This document shows positions 8,842 to 19,007 of a stretch of 64,000 nt of DNA, piece by piece; position 1 is the first letter of the stretch, and every line of letters begins with the position of its first letter. The stretch lies in the IMG/VR virus record IMGVR_UViG_3300021379_000006, positions 1 to 64,000 of that record. The stretch is one strand, 5' to 3'. A model generated the notes under the pieces. The model had not been told where the DNA came from, did no database searches, and was given only the letters and a program-made list of their open reading frames with translations. The stretch is from a virus. Made by a program: the position numbers and the translations under genes.

Positions 8842-10001
8842 TAAACGTTACTGAACAACTTGCTAAGGCAAGTAAGACACTAATACTAGACGAGCCCTTT
8901 TACGGGCTCTTTTTAGTTGGTCTAAACAAAACATTTAGAAATGATATCCCAACAGCAGGTGTAAGTAAACATGGCATTGGAGTACAGCTGGCAGTTAATC
9001 CAGAATTTTTTGAGGGTCTATCTCTTGAACATAGAATTGGACTACTAAAGCATGAGTTACTTCACATTAGTTTTGGACACTTAGTTGTTAGGGATCTATA
9101 CGCAGATAAAAAGTTATTTAACATTGCTGCAGATCTGGAGATTAATCAATATATAGATGCTGATTACTTACCAGAAGGTGGTTTAACGTTAGATACTTTT
9201 CCTGAGCTAAACCTACCAGTAAAAGCAGGTACTAAAGAGTATTATGATTTATTGCAGGAAGCAAAGGATGAGGGTAAATCTCCATCACTTGATAATTTAT
9301 TAAATCAAATGGATGGTGATAGTCCTTATGATCATACAACTTGGGATGAACTTGATGAATTATCTGAAGCAGATAAAAAATTAATTCAGAAACAAATAGA
9401 ACATCAACTAAAAGAAGTTGCAGATCAAACAGAGAAAAGATGCGGTAATATTCCTGGAGAATTAGCTGATCTTATCTCTAGACTTAGACATGTAGAACCA
9501 CCAAAGTTTGATTGGAAAGGTTATCTCAGACGATTTGTTGGGAATTCTTCTATTATCTATACTAAGAAGCTTAGAAGAAAATACAATAAGCGTTACATAG
9601 AGAATCCAGGTCTCAAGATTAAATTCAAGAATCATATACTTGTTGGTATAGACACATCTGGTTCTGTATCAAGAGATGAACTAAAGGAGTTTATGAATGA
9701 ACTTGTGCATATGCATAAGACCGGACATAAGATTACTATAGCTCAGTGTGATACTAATCTAAATTCAGTAGAAGAATTTAATCCAAGAAAAGATCTTGAA
9801 ATTAAAGGTAGAGGTGGTACATCATTTCAACCTGTAGTTGACCATTTTAATGAAAAGAAGGGGCATTATACAGCTCTAATATATTTAACAGACGGTGAAG
9901 CATATAATCCAGAGAACTGTCCTGCTAATACTTTATGGGTATTGAGCAGCAGATCGCACATGAATAATGAATTACCAGGAAAAGTAATACAGTTAAACTA
10001 A
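8835..10001 (+). CDS. Metallopeptidase-VWA protein (DUF2201-like)
   Basis: HELLH zincin motif, NIAADLEIN, MIDAS DTSGS, GRGGT, LTDG. Confidence 0.9.
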   Translation: MVINVTEQLAKASKTLILDEPFYGLFLVGLNKTFRNDIPTAGVSKHGIGVQLAVNPEFFEGLSLEHRIGLLKHELLHISFGHLVVRDLYADKKLFNIAADLEINQYIDADYLPEGGLTLDTFPELNLPVKAGTKEYYDLLQEAKDEGKSPSLDNLLNQMDGDSPYDHTTWDELDELSEADKKLIQKQIEHQLKEVADQTEKRCGNIPGELADLISRLRHVEPPKFDWKGYLRRFVGNSSIIYTKKLRRKYNKRYIENPGLKIKFKNHILVGIDTSGSVSRDELKEFMNELVHMHKTGHKITIAQCDTNLNSVEEFNPRKDLEIKGRGGTSFQPVVDHFNEKKGHYTALIYLTDGEAYNPENCPANTLWVLSSRSHMNNELPGKVIQLN

Positions 10002-10007
10002 ACAATT

Positions 10008-11273
10008 ATGGCACAAGTAAATTTAAACATTGATGAAGTAAAAGATTTTGTAAACCACATCATCAATAACAACAGATTCCTGCAAGAGCAAGGTAAACCA
10101 CCAGTAGCAATTGAGGTTGTAGGTGAATCAGGTATCGGTAAGACATCTACAGTTGTAGAACTTGCTAAGGAAAACAATTTAAATTTTGTTAAGCTTAACC
10201 TTGCTCAGATAGAAGAGCTTGGTGACTTGGTTGGTTTCCCTGTACGTCAGTTTCAGATGTACAAGGAGAAAACAATTAAGAAAGTAGATGATCTTAATTA
10301 TACAGCTGCTCAAAGATCTGCAGCAGCTGGTGATCTTGCATCAATGGCTGGCACAGTAACGAAGAAAGTTGGTCAGTGGGTTGATGAACTTGCAGTAAGT
10401 GAGTATCTGAAGAATGGTTATAAGATGACTGGTAAGAATAGAATGTCTTACTGTGCACCAGAATGGATTGCTGATAAGAAAGATGGTGGTATTCTATTGC
10501 TAGATGACTGGAATCGTGCTGATGTGCGTTTCATTCAAGCAGTTATGGAATTGATTGACCGTCAGACTTACATCTCTTGGACTTTACCTAAAGATTGGCA
10601 CATCATTCTAACATCAAATCCTGATAACGGTGATTATATGGTTAACTCTGTGGATGCTGCACAGAAGACCAGATATATTACCGCTAATCTAAAGTTTGAT
10701 GTGAATGTATGGGCACGCTGGGCAGAAGAAGCAGGAATTGATACTCGCTGTATCAACTTTTTGCTTCTCCACCCAGAGCTTGTAACACAAGAAACAAATG
10801 CAAGATCTATTACCACATTCTTTAATGCTATCTCTAGCTTTGATAGCTTTGAAGATAACCTTACACTAATCCAAATGATTGGTGAGGGTTCTGTTGGTGA
10901 TGCGTTTGCTAGTATGTTTACCACCTTTATTAATAACAAACTTGACAAGCTTGTCACTCCTAAAGATTTATTGACTCATGAAAATGAATCATACATCTTA
11001 GGTGAGCTTAGAGGTTGTATTGGTAAAGATGATGCGTACCGTGCAGATATTGCATCTACTCTTGCAACTCGTTTGGCTAATTTCTCAGTAGTATACTCTA
11101 AAGAGAATACAATTACTCAGAAGCTTACAGATCGTTTGATTGCATTGTGTACTAAAGATTACTTTACTAATGACTTGAAGTATCTAATTGTACGTACAAT
11201 CTTCAACGGTAACAAACAGAAGTTTAATAAAATGATGATGAATCCAGAAATCATCAAAATGACAATGAAATAA
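10008..11273 (+). CDS. MoxR-like AAA+ ATPase
   Basis: GESGIGKT Walker A, LLLDDWNRA Walker B, TSNP sensor; adjacent to the VWA gene. Confidence 0.88.
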   Translation: MAQVNLNIDEVKDFVNHIINNNRFLQEQGKPPVAIEVVGESGIGKTSTVVELAKENNLNFVKLNLAQIEELGDLVGFPVRQFQMYKEKTIKKVDDLNYTAAQRSAAAGDLASMAGTVTKKVGQWVDELAVSEYLKNGYKMTGKNRMSYCAPEWIADKKDGGILLLDDWNRADVRFIQAVMELIDRQTYISWTLPKDWHIILTSNPDNGDYMVNSVDAAQKTRYITANLKFDVNVWARWAEEAGIDTRCINFLLLHPELVTQETNARSITTFFNAISSFDSFEDNLTLIQMIGEGSVGDAFASMFTTFINNKLDKLVTPKDLLTHENESYILGELRGCIGKDDAYRADIASTLATRLANFSVVYSKENTITQKLTDRLIALCTKDYFTNDLKYLIVRTIFNGNKQKFNKMMMNPEIIKMTMK

Positions 11274-12322
11274 TGGCAAGTAAATCAGTATACCAAGAGT
11301 ATAATACTGATGCACTAGACCACTTTGGATTAGAGACAGCCTCATATTATGGGGTTGTCTCGTCCAGTGGTGTGGACACAGTATTGTTTACAGATTCAGA
11401 AACAACATATGATAAAATTAAGGACTTACTTAAAACTAATACTTTAACAGGTAATACTTTTAAAAATAAGAAGAAAGCATTTTTGCTACCTAAAAGTCCT
11501 GTATCTATAGATAGAGTGAAAGCTGCATGTAAAGAGCATAAGATTACATTGACAAATGATTATGAGGCAGCTGATTTAATTATATCTCACAGTAATTTCT
11601 CACAAAGATTTGATCATGGTGAAACCATCAAATCAACAATAATGATGGGTAAGTTTTGGAACTATCATACTGCGGTTGATAGTGGAACCGGATCAAAAAA
11701 CTTTGTAGATGAATACGTTGAAACATCCGGCAATGACGTTATAATTGATGAGAGAGCAGAAGAATATATAAATAGATGGAGCTGTACTAATGGTGAGGCT
11801 TTATATGATTCTTGGATGATCACCGGTATGGCTCTTAATCTTGGTTATAAGATTGATACGGGAGAGGTTGATGTAATAGATGTTGAAGTTGTAGTATCAG
11901 AATCTGCAAATAAACAACAGTTTACAAAAGATTTAATGCAAACATTGATATCTCAGATCGACTCATACAATGAAGATGATCATGCTTTAGCAGGAATGGT
12001 TATTCCTACTATTGATTATTCAACTAATCATCATTTGTTGTGGGAATTTGCTCAAGAATGTCATCATAAAATGTACAAGTTTAATAGAAATAAAGATGTA
12101 CAATATTGGTTGTCCGCATCTAATCTTCACAAATTTGGGAATATGACTGCGGAACAAATGATTAAATGGCTGGAGGAAAATGAACTATTGAGTACTGAAA
12201 ACTTTAGATATTTAGAACCTATTGTAAGAAAACAAATTACTATTTACAATAGAGACCTATATGTATTTAAAGTTGAGGTTAAACCAGAATACAGAAAATA
12301 TTTAAAAAAAAGTAAATCATAA
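11273..12322 (+). CDS. Hypothetical protein with BRCT-like segment
   Basis: AFLLPKSPVSIDRVK...KITLTNDYEAADLII; paralogous to the next gene. Confidence 0.6.
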   Translation: MASKSVYQEYNTDALDHFGLETASYYGVVSSSGVDTVLFTDSETTYDKIKDLLKTNTLTGNTFKNKKKAFLLPKSPVSIDRVKAACKEHKITLTNDYEAADLIISHSNFSQRFDHGETIKSTIMMGKFWNYHTAVDSGTGSKNFVDEYVETSGNDVIIDERAEEYINRWSCTNGEALYDSWMITGMALNLGYKIDTGEVDVIDVEVVVSESANKQQFTKDLMQTLISQIDSYNEDDHALAGMVIPTIDYSTNHHLLWEFAQECHHKMYKFNRNKDVQYWLSASNLHKFGNMTAEQMIKWLEENELLSTENFRYLEPIVRKQITIYNRDLYVFKVEVKPEYRKYLKKSKS

Positions 12323-13446
12323 TGAGAAAAGTACATAGATATAAACTTGATTGTAACTTTGACCATAATAAGAATGGTAGTTATACTACTGTACGTAATC
12401 TAGGTGAAAGAGTTTTCTTATACGGAGGTACTACGACATCAGATAGTATATATCAATCTCTTCAATTAGTGGATTTAGATAAGAGTAAATTACAAGATGC
12501 TTGTTTTTATAGATATCCTAAGCTAAATCTACCCAGAATGAAAGTAGATATACTAAAAGAAAATTATAACATTAAAATCACAAGGTTAATAGATAATGCT
12601 GATTATAGTATTATTTCTAAAAAATATATTAATTCTTTTTCAGAGTATAGTTGGGATGATATTTATCATGTAGATACAATCAAGAAATTTTTGAATACTA
12701 GTAATCTCTTTAACGATGGTATGAAAGAGTTATTAAGAAATGATATGGAACATATGAATTATGATGATTTCATATCATTTCAATTTCAAAATTATTATTA
12801 CGGTAATATACAACGTATAGCTGATGTAATAGATAGAGCACATGGTAGTTACACTTATATTAAAGACTCTTGTGTTTCTGATTACATTGATCTATTGAAT
12901 AGTACTAATTTAGTTACAGATGAAAGTCTAAATGATTTTATCTACGAGGATCTGCATGTGTTAACCAAAGAAGAGTATAATAGCTGTAGAAGCATGCTAA
13001 AATCAGATGATCTAGACAATAGAGCAATAGCACTAGAAATGATGGCTAATTGTAATTTGAATAAATCATTTGATTATGTTTCTTTATTATTCTACTTTTA
13101 TTATGATTACTTAAAAGATTGTAAGAATTGGAATAACATTAATGTTAAAACACTTAGGAGTGCATTATTTAATTTTACACCTATGAGTAATTCTGCTTAT
13201 GGTCATTATTATGATAACTATTTAAAAAACCTTTTAAAGGCAAATCATTTAACAGAATTTGCATTTAAGGAATGTGCTAGATATGTATTTCATAATGTAG
13301 TTAAAAGATCATTGGGTATGCATAATGAAAGTGTATTTACGGTTGATTTAGAAGCAATTAAAATCAATCCAAAATACATTGATAAAATTAAAGCAGAACC
13401 TGAGTTTCTTTTATCAAATATAGATGAAGCCGTATTAAACTTTTAA
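12322..13446 (+). CDS. Hypothetical protein with BRCT-like segment
   Basis: CFYRYPKLNLPRMKV...NIKITRLIDNADYSII; MLKSDDLDNRAIALEMMAN. Confidence 0.6.
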   Translation: MRKVHRYKLDCNFDHNKNGSYTTVRNLGERVFLYGGTTTSDSIYQSLQLVDLDKSKLQDACFYRYPKLNLPRMKVDILKENYNIKITRLIDNADYSIISKKYINSFSEYSWDDIYHVDTIKKFLNTSNLFNDGMKELLRNDMEHMNYDDFISFQFQNYYYGNIQRIADVIDRAHGSYTYIKDSCVSDYIDLLNSTNLVTDESLNDFIYEDLHVLTKEEYNSCRSMLKSDDLDNRAIALEMMANCNLNKSFDYVSLLFYFYYDYLKDCKNWNNINVKTLRSALFNFTPMSNSAYGHYYDNYLKNLLKANHLTEFAFKECARYVFHNVVKRSLGMHNESVFTVDLEAIKINPKYIDKIKAEPEFLLSNIDEAVLNF

Positions 13447-13467
13447 GGAGAAATTTGCCATAATTGT

Positions 13468-13499
13468 GGGGGCTCTTCGGAGTCCCCCTCCTTATTTTA
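13468..13499 (+). terminator. cUUCGg-capped hairpin, probable terminator
   Basis: GGGGGCTC-TTCG-GAGTCCCC followed by a pyrimidine/T-rich tract. Confidence 0.65.
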
Positions 13500-13507
13500 T
13501 TTATATT

Positions 13508-14491
13508 ATGATAGATAAACAAAAAGAAATGAAGTTTTATGAGAAACCATTCTCATTTAGCTACTCATCATTAAACAAATTATTGTTTTCACCGTCCTTA
13601 TTTTATAAGGATTATATACTAGGAGATAGAGAAATAAAGACAGATAAATATCTTATAGAAGGTAAGCTTGTACACTGTCTAATATTTGAACCAGAAAATC
13701 TAAAAGAAAAGTTTAAGATTGTTCCTGGCAAAACTCCAACAGATAATGTAAGAAAGGTCCTGCAAAACCTAACTCTTTATACAGATTCAGATACTATTAA
13801 AGGTATAGAAGATGAACTTATACTTGATTCACTCAAGGAGTTTAATCTTTATCAATCTTTAAAAGCAGACGAATCTAGAATTGCTAAAATTAAAGTAGAT
13901 GATTATGAACCTTATTGGGAGTTCTTATCTAATAGCAATGTAGATGTAATTGATCAAGATACTCTGGCTAAATGTACAGATTACGCTGAGATTATTAAAT
14001 CAAATAAAGATGTCACTGATTTGTTTGCAGGGCAACAAACAGATTTTGATCTTGATCCTATTCAAACATATGCAGAACAACCTTTGGAATGTGGTTTAAA
14101 GGATAAACCATTTGGCTTAAAAGGTATCATTGACTTCTACAAAGTAGATGATGATGAGAAGCTTGTTACTGTATGTGACTTGAAGACAACCAGTAAATCT
14201 TTATCTGATTTTAAAGAGACTATAGATTACTACAATTACTGGCTTCAAGCAGCTATATATTGTAAGTTGGTCTTTGAGAATTTAGATGAGTCTCAGCAAG
14301 ATTACAATTTTATTTATAAATTTGTTGTCATTGACAGTCAGAAGCAGGTATATGTCTTTGATGTATCACCAGAAACTCTGTCAATCTGGACGCAAGGGTT
14401 GGAAGAAACAATCAAGATCGCAGAATACCACTATAGTAAAAGAGAGTATACCTTGCCTTATGAATTTTTAGTAGAAAAGGTTATCTTGTAA
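13508..14491 (+). CDS. PD-(D/E)XK exonuclease (RecE/Cas4-like)
   Basis: SYSSLNK, GKLVH, KGIID...DLKTT, YWLQAAIY; start moved to ATG 13508, downstream of the hairpin. Confidence 0.85.
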   Translation: MIDKQKEMKFYEKPFSFSYSSLNKLLFSPSLFYKDYILGDREIKTDKYLIEGKLVHCLIFEPENLKEKFKIVPGKTPTDNVRKVLQNLTLYTDSDTIKGIEDELILDSLKEFNLYQSLKADESRIAKIKVDDYEPYWEFLSNSNVDVIDQDTLAKCTDYAEIIKSNKDVTDLFAGQQTDFDLDPIQTYAEQPLECGLKDKPFGLKGIIDFYKVDDDEKLVTVCDLKTTSKSLSDFKETIDYYNYWLQAAIYCKLVFENLDESQQDYNFIYKFVVIDSQKQVYVFDVSPETLSIWTQGLEETIKIAEYHYSKREYTLPYEFLVEKVIL

Positions 14492-14492
14492 T

Positions 14493-15074
14493 ATGGCAGG
14501 TATATACACACAATATTTTCAGAAGAGTAAAGTATTTCTATATCCCCTTTTAAAATTAAAGAAGGGTATTGACTTTGTCCCCGCGCAAACTTATGTGTTG
14601 TGGGACAAGCTTTACTTACCTGAAGATATGAAGTTTATGTGTTTATACAATGCAGAAGCGTCTACCAAATATTTAAAATTTGAACATAAGTATTTAAAAT
14701 CACACCCACTCTTAGAAGCACACTTTGTATTAGATGATGATAGGCATGTATATGTATTTGACTTTTCACAGTATAAATACGATCATAAAGCCTTTTTAGA
14801 AGGAAAGTATTCCAAGTTTAGCATTAAATCTAAAGAGATCATACAAGATTTCTTTGGAACAGTAGGTAATATATCTGAATATGTAATGAGTTTTTTATAT
14901 CCGGATGACTACCATGAGCTATATGCTGATTCACTTGGTGTAGACTTAAATGTAATTGAAGATGTATATGAATTATGCTCACCGCCAAACTTAGAAAAAG
15001 AAACTATATTTGAAAATATCCCACAAGAGATTGAACTTTTTAACAACAATTCAATATCTTTGGATAAACTTTAA
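14493..15074 (+). CDS. Hypothetical protein
   Basis: 193-aa ORF in operon context. Confidence 0.7.
   Translation: MAGIYTQYFQKSKVFLYPLLKLKKGIDFVPAQTYVLWDKLYLPEDMKFMCLYNAEASTKYLKFEHKYLKSHPLLEAHFVLDDDRHVYVFDFSQYKYDHKAFLEGKYSKFSIKSKEIIQDFFGTVGNISEYVMSFLYPDDYHELYADSLGVDLNVIEDVYELCSPPNLEKETIFENIPQEIELFNNNSISLDKL
15055..15062 (+). promoter_or_regulatory. Bacteroidota -7 promoter element
   Basis: TATCTTTG ending 18 nt before the ATG at 15080. Confidence 0.5.
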
Positions 15075-15079
15075 AATCA

Positions 15080-15502
15080 ATGGCAACAAATTTAGGTAAC
15101 AACATGATGCTTGTAAACTCTGTATTTAGAGGAGCAAGATCGTTTAGTTTAATTCCAGTGAGCAATGACTCACCATATGTGGAAGCAATGTTTGATCCAG
15201 CATCAAGCATCTTAGCAATCATTGGTAAAGAGAGAAAGGAATCATTTCATATGATGCCACGCCTTGATGACAATGGACAACCACAAAAACTTAAAGTACC
15301 AAATAATGCTACAGGTAAAACTGTAAAGGAACAACGTGTTAGTCTTAACACATTCCAGGAGTACTATATCAATGATAAAGCAGACATTGAAACATTTATT
15401 GAACTGTTTGCAATTAACGCTTCATCATTTGACTATAAAGAATTTTTAGAAGTAAAAGTTGAAGAAACAAAAGTTTCTAATATTATAATGCCGGGTCAGT
15501 AA
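15080..15502 (+). CDS. Hypothetical protein
   Basis: 140-aa ORF bracketed by a promoter box and a terminator. Confidence 0.7.
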   Translation: MATNLGNNMMLVNSVFRGARSFSLIPVSNDSPYVEAMFDPASSILAIIGKERKESFHMMPRLDDNGQPQKLKVPNNATGKTVKEQRVSLNTFQEYYINDKADIETFIELFAINASSFDYKEFLEVKVEETKVSNIIMPGQ

Positions 15503-15524
15503 GCTTACACTCACCCTAACAAAG

Positions 15525-15547
15525 AAAGCCCCTTGTGGGCTTTTTTT
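15525..15547 (+). terminator. Intrinsic terminator
   Basis: AAAGCCC-CTTGT-GGGC followed by T7. Confidence 0.7.
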
Positions 15548-15567
15548 GGCACTATTAAAATGCAATT

Positions 15568-17559
15568 ATGAATCACTGGGTAATGGACTATGAAACATTA
15601 TCAAATTGCTTTACCGCAGTGTTTGAACATTACAAGACTCAAGAAACAAAAGTCTTTGTTGTTCATGACTTACGTAATGACTTTGATGATTTCATAGATT
15701 TCTTAAAACAAAATACAGATAACCGAGAGTGGCATATCTCTTATAATGGTTTAGCGTTTGATGCACAAATCACACACTATATCATAGAAAACTATCAACT
15801 CTGGGAGAATCTAAGTGCTGGTGAAATAGCCGGTATTATATATCAGTATGCTAATAAATGCATAGCCCGCAGTGATGCTAAAGACTTTCAGGATTATCCT
15901 CAATGGAAAATGTGTATAGGTCAAATTGATCTATTCAAAATGCATCACTGGGATAACCCTGCAAAGAGATCTAGTTTAAAGTGGATACAATATAGTATGG
16001 ATTGGGATAACATGCTTGACATGCCGATCCATCACAGTGTTGAAATAACTACACTAGAGCAGATTGATACAGTACTTAATTACAATATCAATGATGTGCG
16101 TTCTACTAAAGCAATATTTGAAAGATCTAAGGATCTCATTGCTCTTAGAAAGCAGCTTACAAATACTTATAAAATTAATCTTTATAGTGCTAGTGAGCCA
16201 CGTATCAGTAAAGAACTGTTTGCTTACTATATGTCAGAAAAACTAAACATTCCAAAACGAGACCTCAAACAAATGAGAACTCACAGGAATGTAATTAAGT
16301 TTGCTGATATCATACTACCTTACATTAAGTTTGTATCTCCGGAGTTCAACCAGTTGCTTAATAGATTTAAAGCTGTTGAGTTAAATCCTGAAAACCTGAA
16401 GGGCGCTTTTAAGTACTCTGTTACATATAAAGGTGTGAAAACAGACTTTGGTGTAGGTGGTGTTCATGGTGCCAATGTAAACGGCATATATGAATCTGAT
16501 GAAGACTCAGTTATCATGTCATCAGATGTTACTAGTTTCTATCCTAATCTTGTAATTAGAAACAAGTGGGCACCTGGTCATTTTCCAGCAGAAGAATTCT
16601 GTGATCAATATGAGTGGTTCTTTGAAGAAAGAAAGAAGATACCTAAGAGTAATCCTATGAACTATGTCTATAAGATTATTCTTAATTCAACTTTCGGTCT
16701 CAGCAATGATAGAAATAGTTTCTTCTATGATCCTGAGCTAACTATGAGAATTACAATTAACGGTCAGCTTAGTCTTATGATGCTTTATGAAATGATTATG
16801 GAGCGTATACCAAATGCTATGGCAATTATGCATAACACAGATGGTCTAGAGACAAAAATCCCAAGAGAATATGTAGATGAATATATGTCTATATGTAAAG
16901 AATGGGAAGGCCTAACTAATCTACAGTTAGAACATGATGAATATCAGAAACTTGTATCTGCAGGTTGTAACAACTACATAGGTCTAAATAATGATAGAGA
17001 AGTTGATATAACAACCTGGAGAGAGATTAAAAGAAAGAATCCACACTATAAGTTTAAGGTACAGAATGACAAGTTCTACTATGCACCTGTAAAACTAAAA
17101 GGTAGATTTGATTTCTTTGGTCTTCAGTTGCATAAGAATAAATCCAAATTGATTGTACCTAAAGCAATCTTTAATTATTTCATTCATGATAAGATGCCTC
17201 ACGACTATCTTGAAGAGAATAGAAATATTTTAGATTATTGCATAGGTGGTAAGTCAAAAGGAGACTGGCAACAGGTTGCAAGATATATTAAAGACAAGCA
17301 GTATGCTGAAGAGAAACTTCAGAAGATCAATAGATATTATATCTCTAAATCTGGCGTGAAGATTATTAAAGTAAATAAGAAAGACGGCAGAGAAATACAG
17401 TTAGAATCCGGACAATGGCTTCAAACTATTTTTAATAAAATGAAAATAGAGCCAAAGTGGGAGAGCTATAATATCAATAAGTCATATTATCTAGATGCTA
17501 TAGAACAGGAGATAGATAATATTATGAATGTGAGTAGCAATCAACTAACTCTATTTTAA
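15568..17559 (+). CDS. polB: Family B DNA polymerase
   Basis: Exonuclease motifs DYE, YNGLAFD, YNINDV; polymerase motifs DVTSFYP, KIILNSTFG, NTDG. Confidence 0.93.
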   Translation: MNHWVMDYETLSNCFTAVFEHYKTQETKVFVVHDLRNDFDDFIDFLKQNTDNREWHISYNGLAFDAQITHYIIENYQLWENLSAGEIAGIIYQYANKCIARSDAKDFQDYPQWKMCIGQIDLFKMHHWDNPAKRSSLKWIQYSMDWDNMLDMPIHHSVEITTLEQIDTVLNYNINDVRSTKAIFERSKDLIALRKQLTNTYKINLYSASEPRISKELFAYYMSEKLNIPKRDLKQMRTHRNVIKFADIILPYIKFVSPEFNQLLNRFKAVELNPENLKGAFKYSVTYKGVKTDFGVGGVHGANVNGIYESDEDSVIMSSDVTSFYPNLVIRNKWAPGHFPAEEFCDQYEWFFEERKKIPKSNPMNYVYKIILNSTFGLSNDRNSFFYDPELTMRITINGQLSLMMLYEMIMERIPNAMAIMHNTDGLETKIPREYVDEYMSICKEWEGLTNLQLEHDEYQKLVSAGCNNYIGLNNDREVDITTWREIKRKNPHYKFKVQNDKFYYAPVKLKGRFDFFGLQLHKNKSKLIVPKAIFNYFIHDKMPHDYLEENRNILDYCIGGKSKGDWQQVARYIKDKQYAEEKLQKINRYYISKSGVKIIKVNKKDGREIQLESGQWLQTIFNKMKIEPKWESYNINKSYYLDAIEQEIDNIMNVSSNQLTLF

Positions 17560-17560
17560 T

Positions 17561-17737
17561 ATGGAGAATCATTGGGTAGCAAGAATAGCATGGAAGGATA
17601 TGACAGATGATGATGTAAATCACACGTTTTTTACTGACTGGATTTACTGTAAGGAATATGTGCTTCCCTTAAACAGAGAACTTGGTCTTCATAGGATCAA
17701 TAAACAAGACAACATTAAAAACATACCAGGTAGATAA
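17561..17737 (+). CDS. Small hypothetical protein (58 aa, not in track)
   Basis: MENHWVARIAWKDM...; fills the gap directly after polB. Confidence 0.45.
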   Translation: MENHWVARIAWKDMTDDDVNHTFFTDWIYCKEYVLPLNRELGLHRINKQDNIKNIPGR

Positions 17738-17758
17738 CATGAATTATTTTGAATTAGA

Positions 17759-18592
17759 ATGGTAAAACAGCAAGAGACTAAAACTCTTGTTACTAAAGAC
17801 AATAACAATAGTGCTAACTGCATTGCTCCTAACCTAATTTATGGTTGCTTTGGAGGATGTGTTAGCACTTATTGTTATATGTCTAGGTATAATGACAAGA
17901 GAGTTTACGTGAATACAAACGTAGATGACATATTTCAGTCCGTTGTTGAATGGGAAAAGACCTATGTTAAAGTACCAGATCAACAAGACCCTATATACAC
18001 TATGGTAGATATTGCATGTAATACAGATTTAGTCTTGATGCAGAAACATTTACCAGAACCATTGATGGATTATCTTAAAAGGTATGATGATCACCCACAG
18101 CTAAACAGTACTATGGCTACTAAATATCCTAACTTGTTAAAATTAGATGTTAATCATTTTAATAAGAAACCTAGAGTACGTGTAAGTCTAATGCCTCAGA
18201 AGTATTCTAAAATTCTTGAACCTAAAATGCAATTAGTAAGACATAGAATTTATGATATAAATAGACTAAAGCAACTAGGATGGGAAGTACATATAAATTA
18301 TAGTCCTCTGATCTTTTATCCAGGTTGGAAAGAAGAGTATAATTATTTGTTTAGAAAGGTTAAAGAGATAGCCGGTGAGAATAAGTGTGAAGTCATAGCA
18401 CTTACTAATCATAGATTTCAAATGGTTAGATCATCTGCTGAGGCTCAAGAGCTTATGAAGTATAGTTCAGAAGTGAAAAACAAAAGTGGAGTACTAAGAT
18501 ATCCCTTAGCACACAAGACAAGATTACTTAATGAGTTTAAGTCTATTTATGCTAAGTACTTTGATCTTAATACAATTAGATACATTTTTTAA
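17759..18592 (+). CDS. Spore photoproduct lyase-like radical SAM protein
   Basis: GCFGGCVSTYCY cluster motif, IACNTD (SPL H-donor Cys region), ATKY, RVRVSLMP, EP. Confidence 0.8.
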   Translation: MVKQQETKTLVTKDNNNSANCIAPNLIYGCFGGCVSTYCYMSRYNDKRVYVNTNVDDIFQSVVEWEKTYVKVPDQQDPIYTMVDIACNTDLVLMQKHLPEPLMDYLKRYDDHPQLNSTMATKYPNLLKLDVNHFNKKPRVRVSLMPQKYSKILEPKMQLVRHRIYDINRLKQLGWEVHINYSPLIFYPGWKEEYNYLFRKVKEIAGENKCEVIALTNHRFQMVRSSAEAQELMKYSSEVKNKSGVLRYPLAHKTRLLNEFKSIYAKYFDLNTIRYIF

Positions 18593-18594
18593 TT

Positions 18595-18957
18595 ATGATA
18601 ACAGTAGTAGAAAGAAACTCAGGTCAACAGTTTGAATCAAAGAAACTTGCTTCTGAGTATTTTAGAATACCTCTTTGGCTGGTTAATAAAAGTATTACAG
18701 GAAATGTTCAAGTTCAATATAGACATGATATCCCCAACAGAGAACCAGTAATACGAAAGTATTTGTTTGTGCAGAAAAGCTATTCTGATGGTGGCACAAA
18801 AGTATTTAAAAGAAAATCAACAATGCCATTTGGTAAATATAAAGGTAAAGAACCTCGTGAAGTACCTCTTGGCTATTTAATGTGGTTAGCCAAAAAGGAT
18901 AACTGTCCGCAATGTGTGCTCACTGCCCTAAAGGAAGTGAAGGATTTATTAAGTTAA
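18595..18957 (+). CDS. Protein with DUF3820-like (MPFGKYKG) C-terminal domain
   Basis: MPFGKYKG...VPLGYLMWL. Confidence 0.7.
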   Translation: MITVVERNSGQQFESKKLASEYFRIPLWLVNKSITGNVQVQYRHDIPNREPVIRKYLFVQKSYSDGGTKVFKRKSTMPFGKYKGKEPREVPLGYLMWLAKKDNCPQCVLTALKEVKDLLS

Positions 18958-19007
18958 TTTGGTTTCTTAAGCTAGATTAATTATATTTACACTTATAAAA
19001 TTTACAT

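Noticed and set aside
13466-13507. Track start extensions (13466, 29591, 31568, 41860)
   Set aside because: They run through a hairpin or the neighbouring gene; downstream ATGs (13508, 29531, 31589, 41845) fit better
13508-14491. Cas4-like nuclease suggesting a CRISPR system
   Set aside because: No repeat-spacer array or other cas genes seen, and no Fe-S Cys cluster; best read as a phage recombination exonuclease
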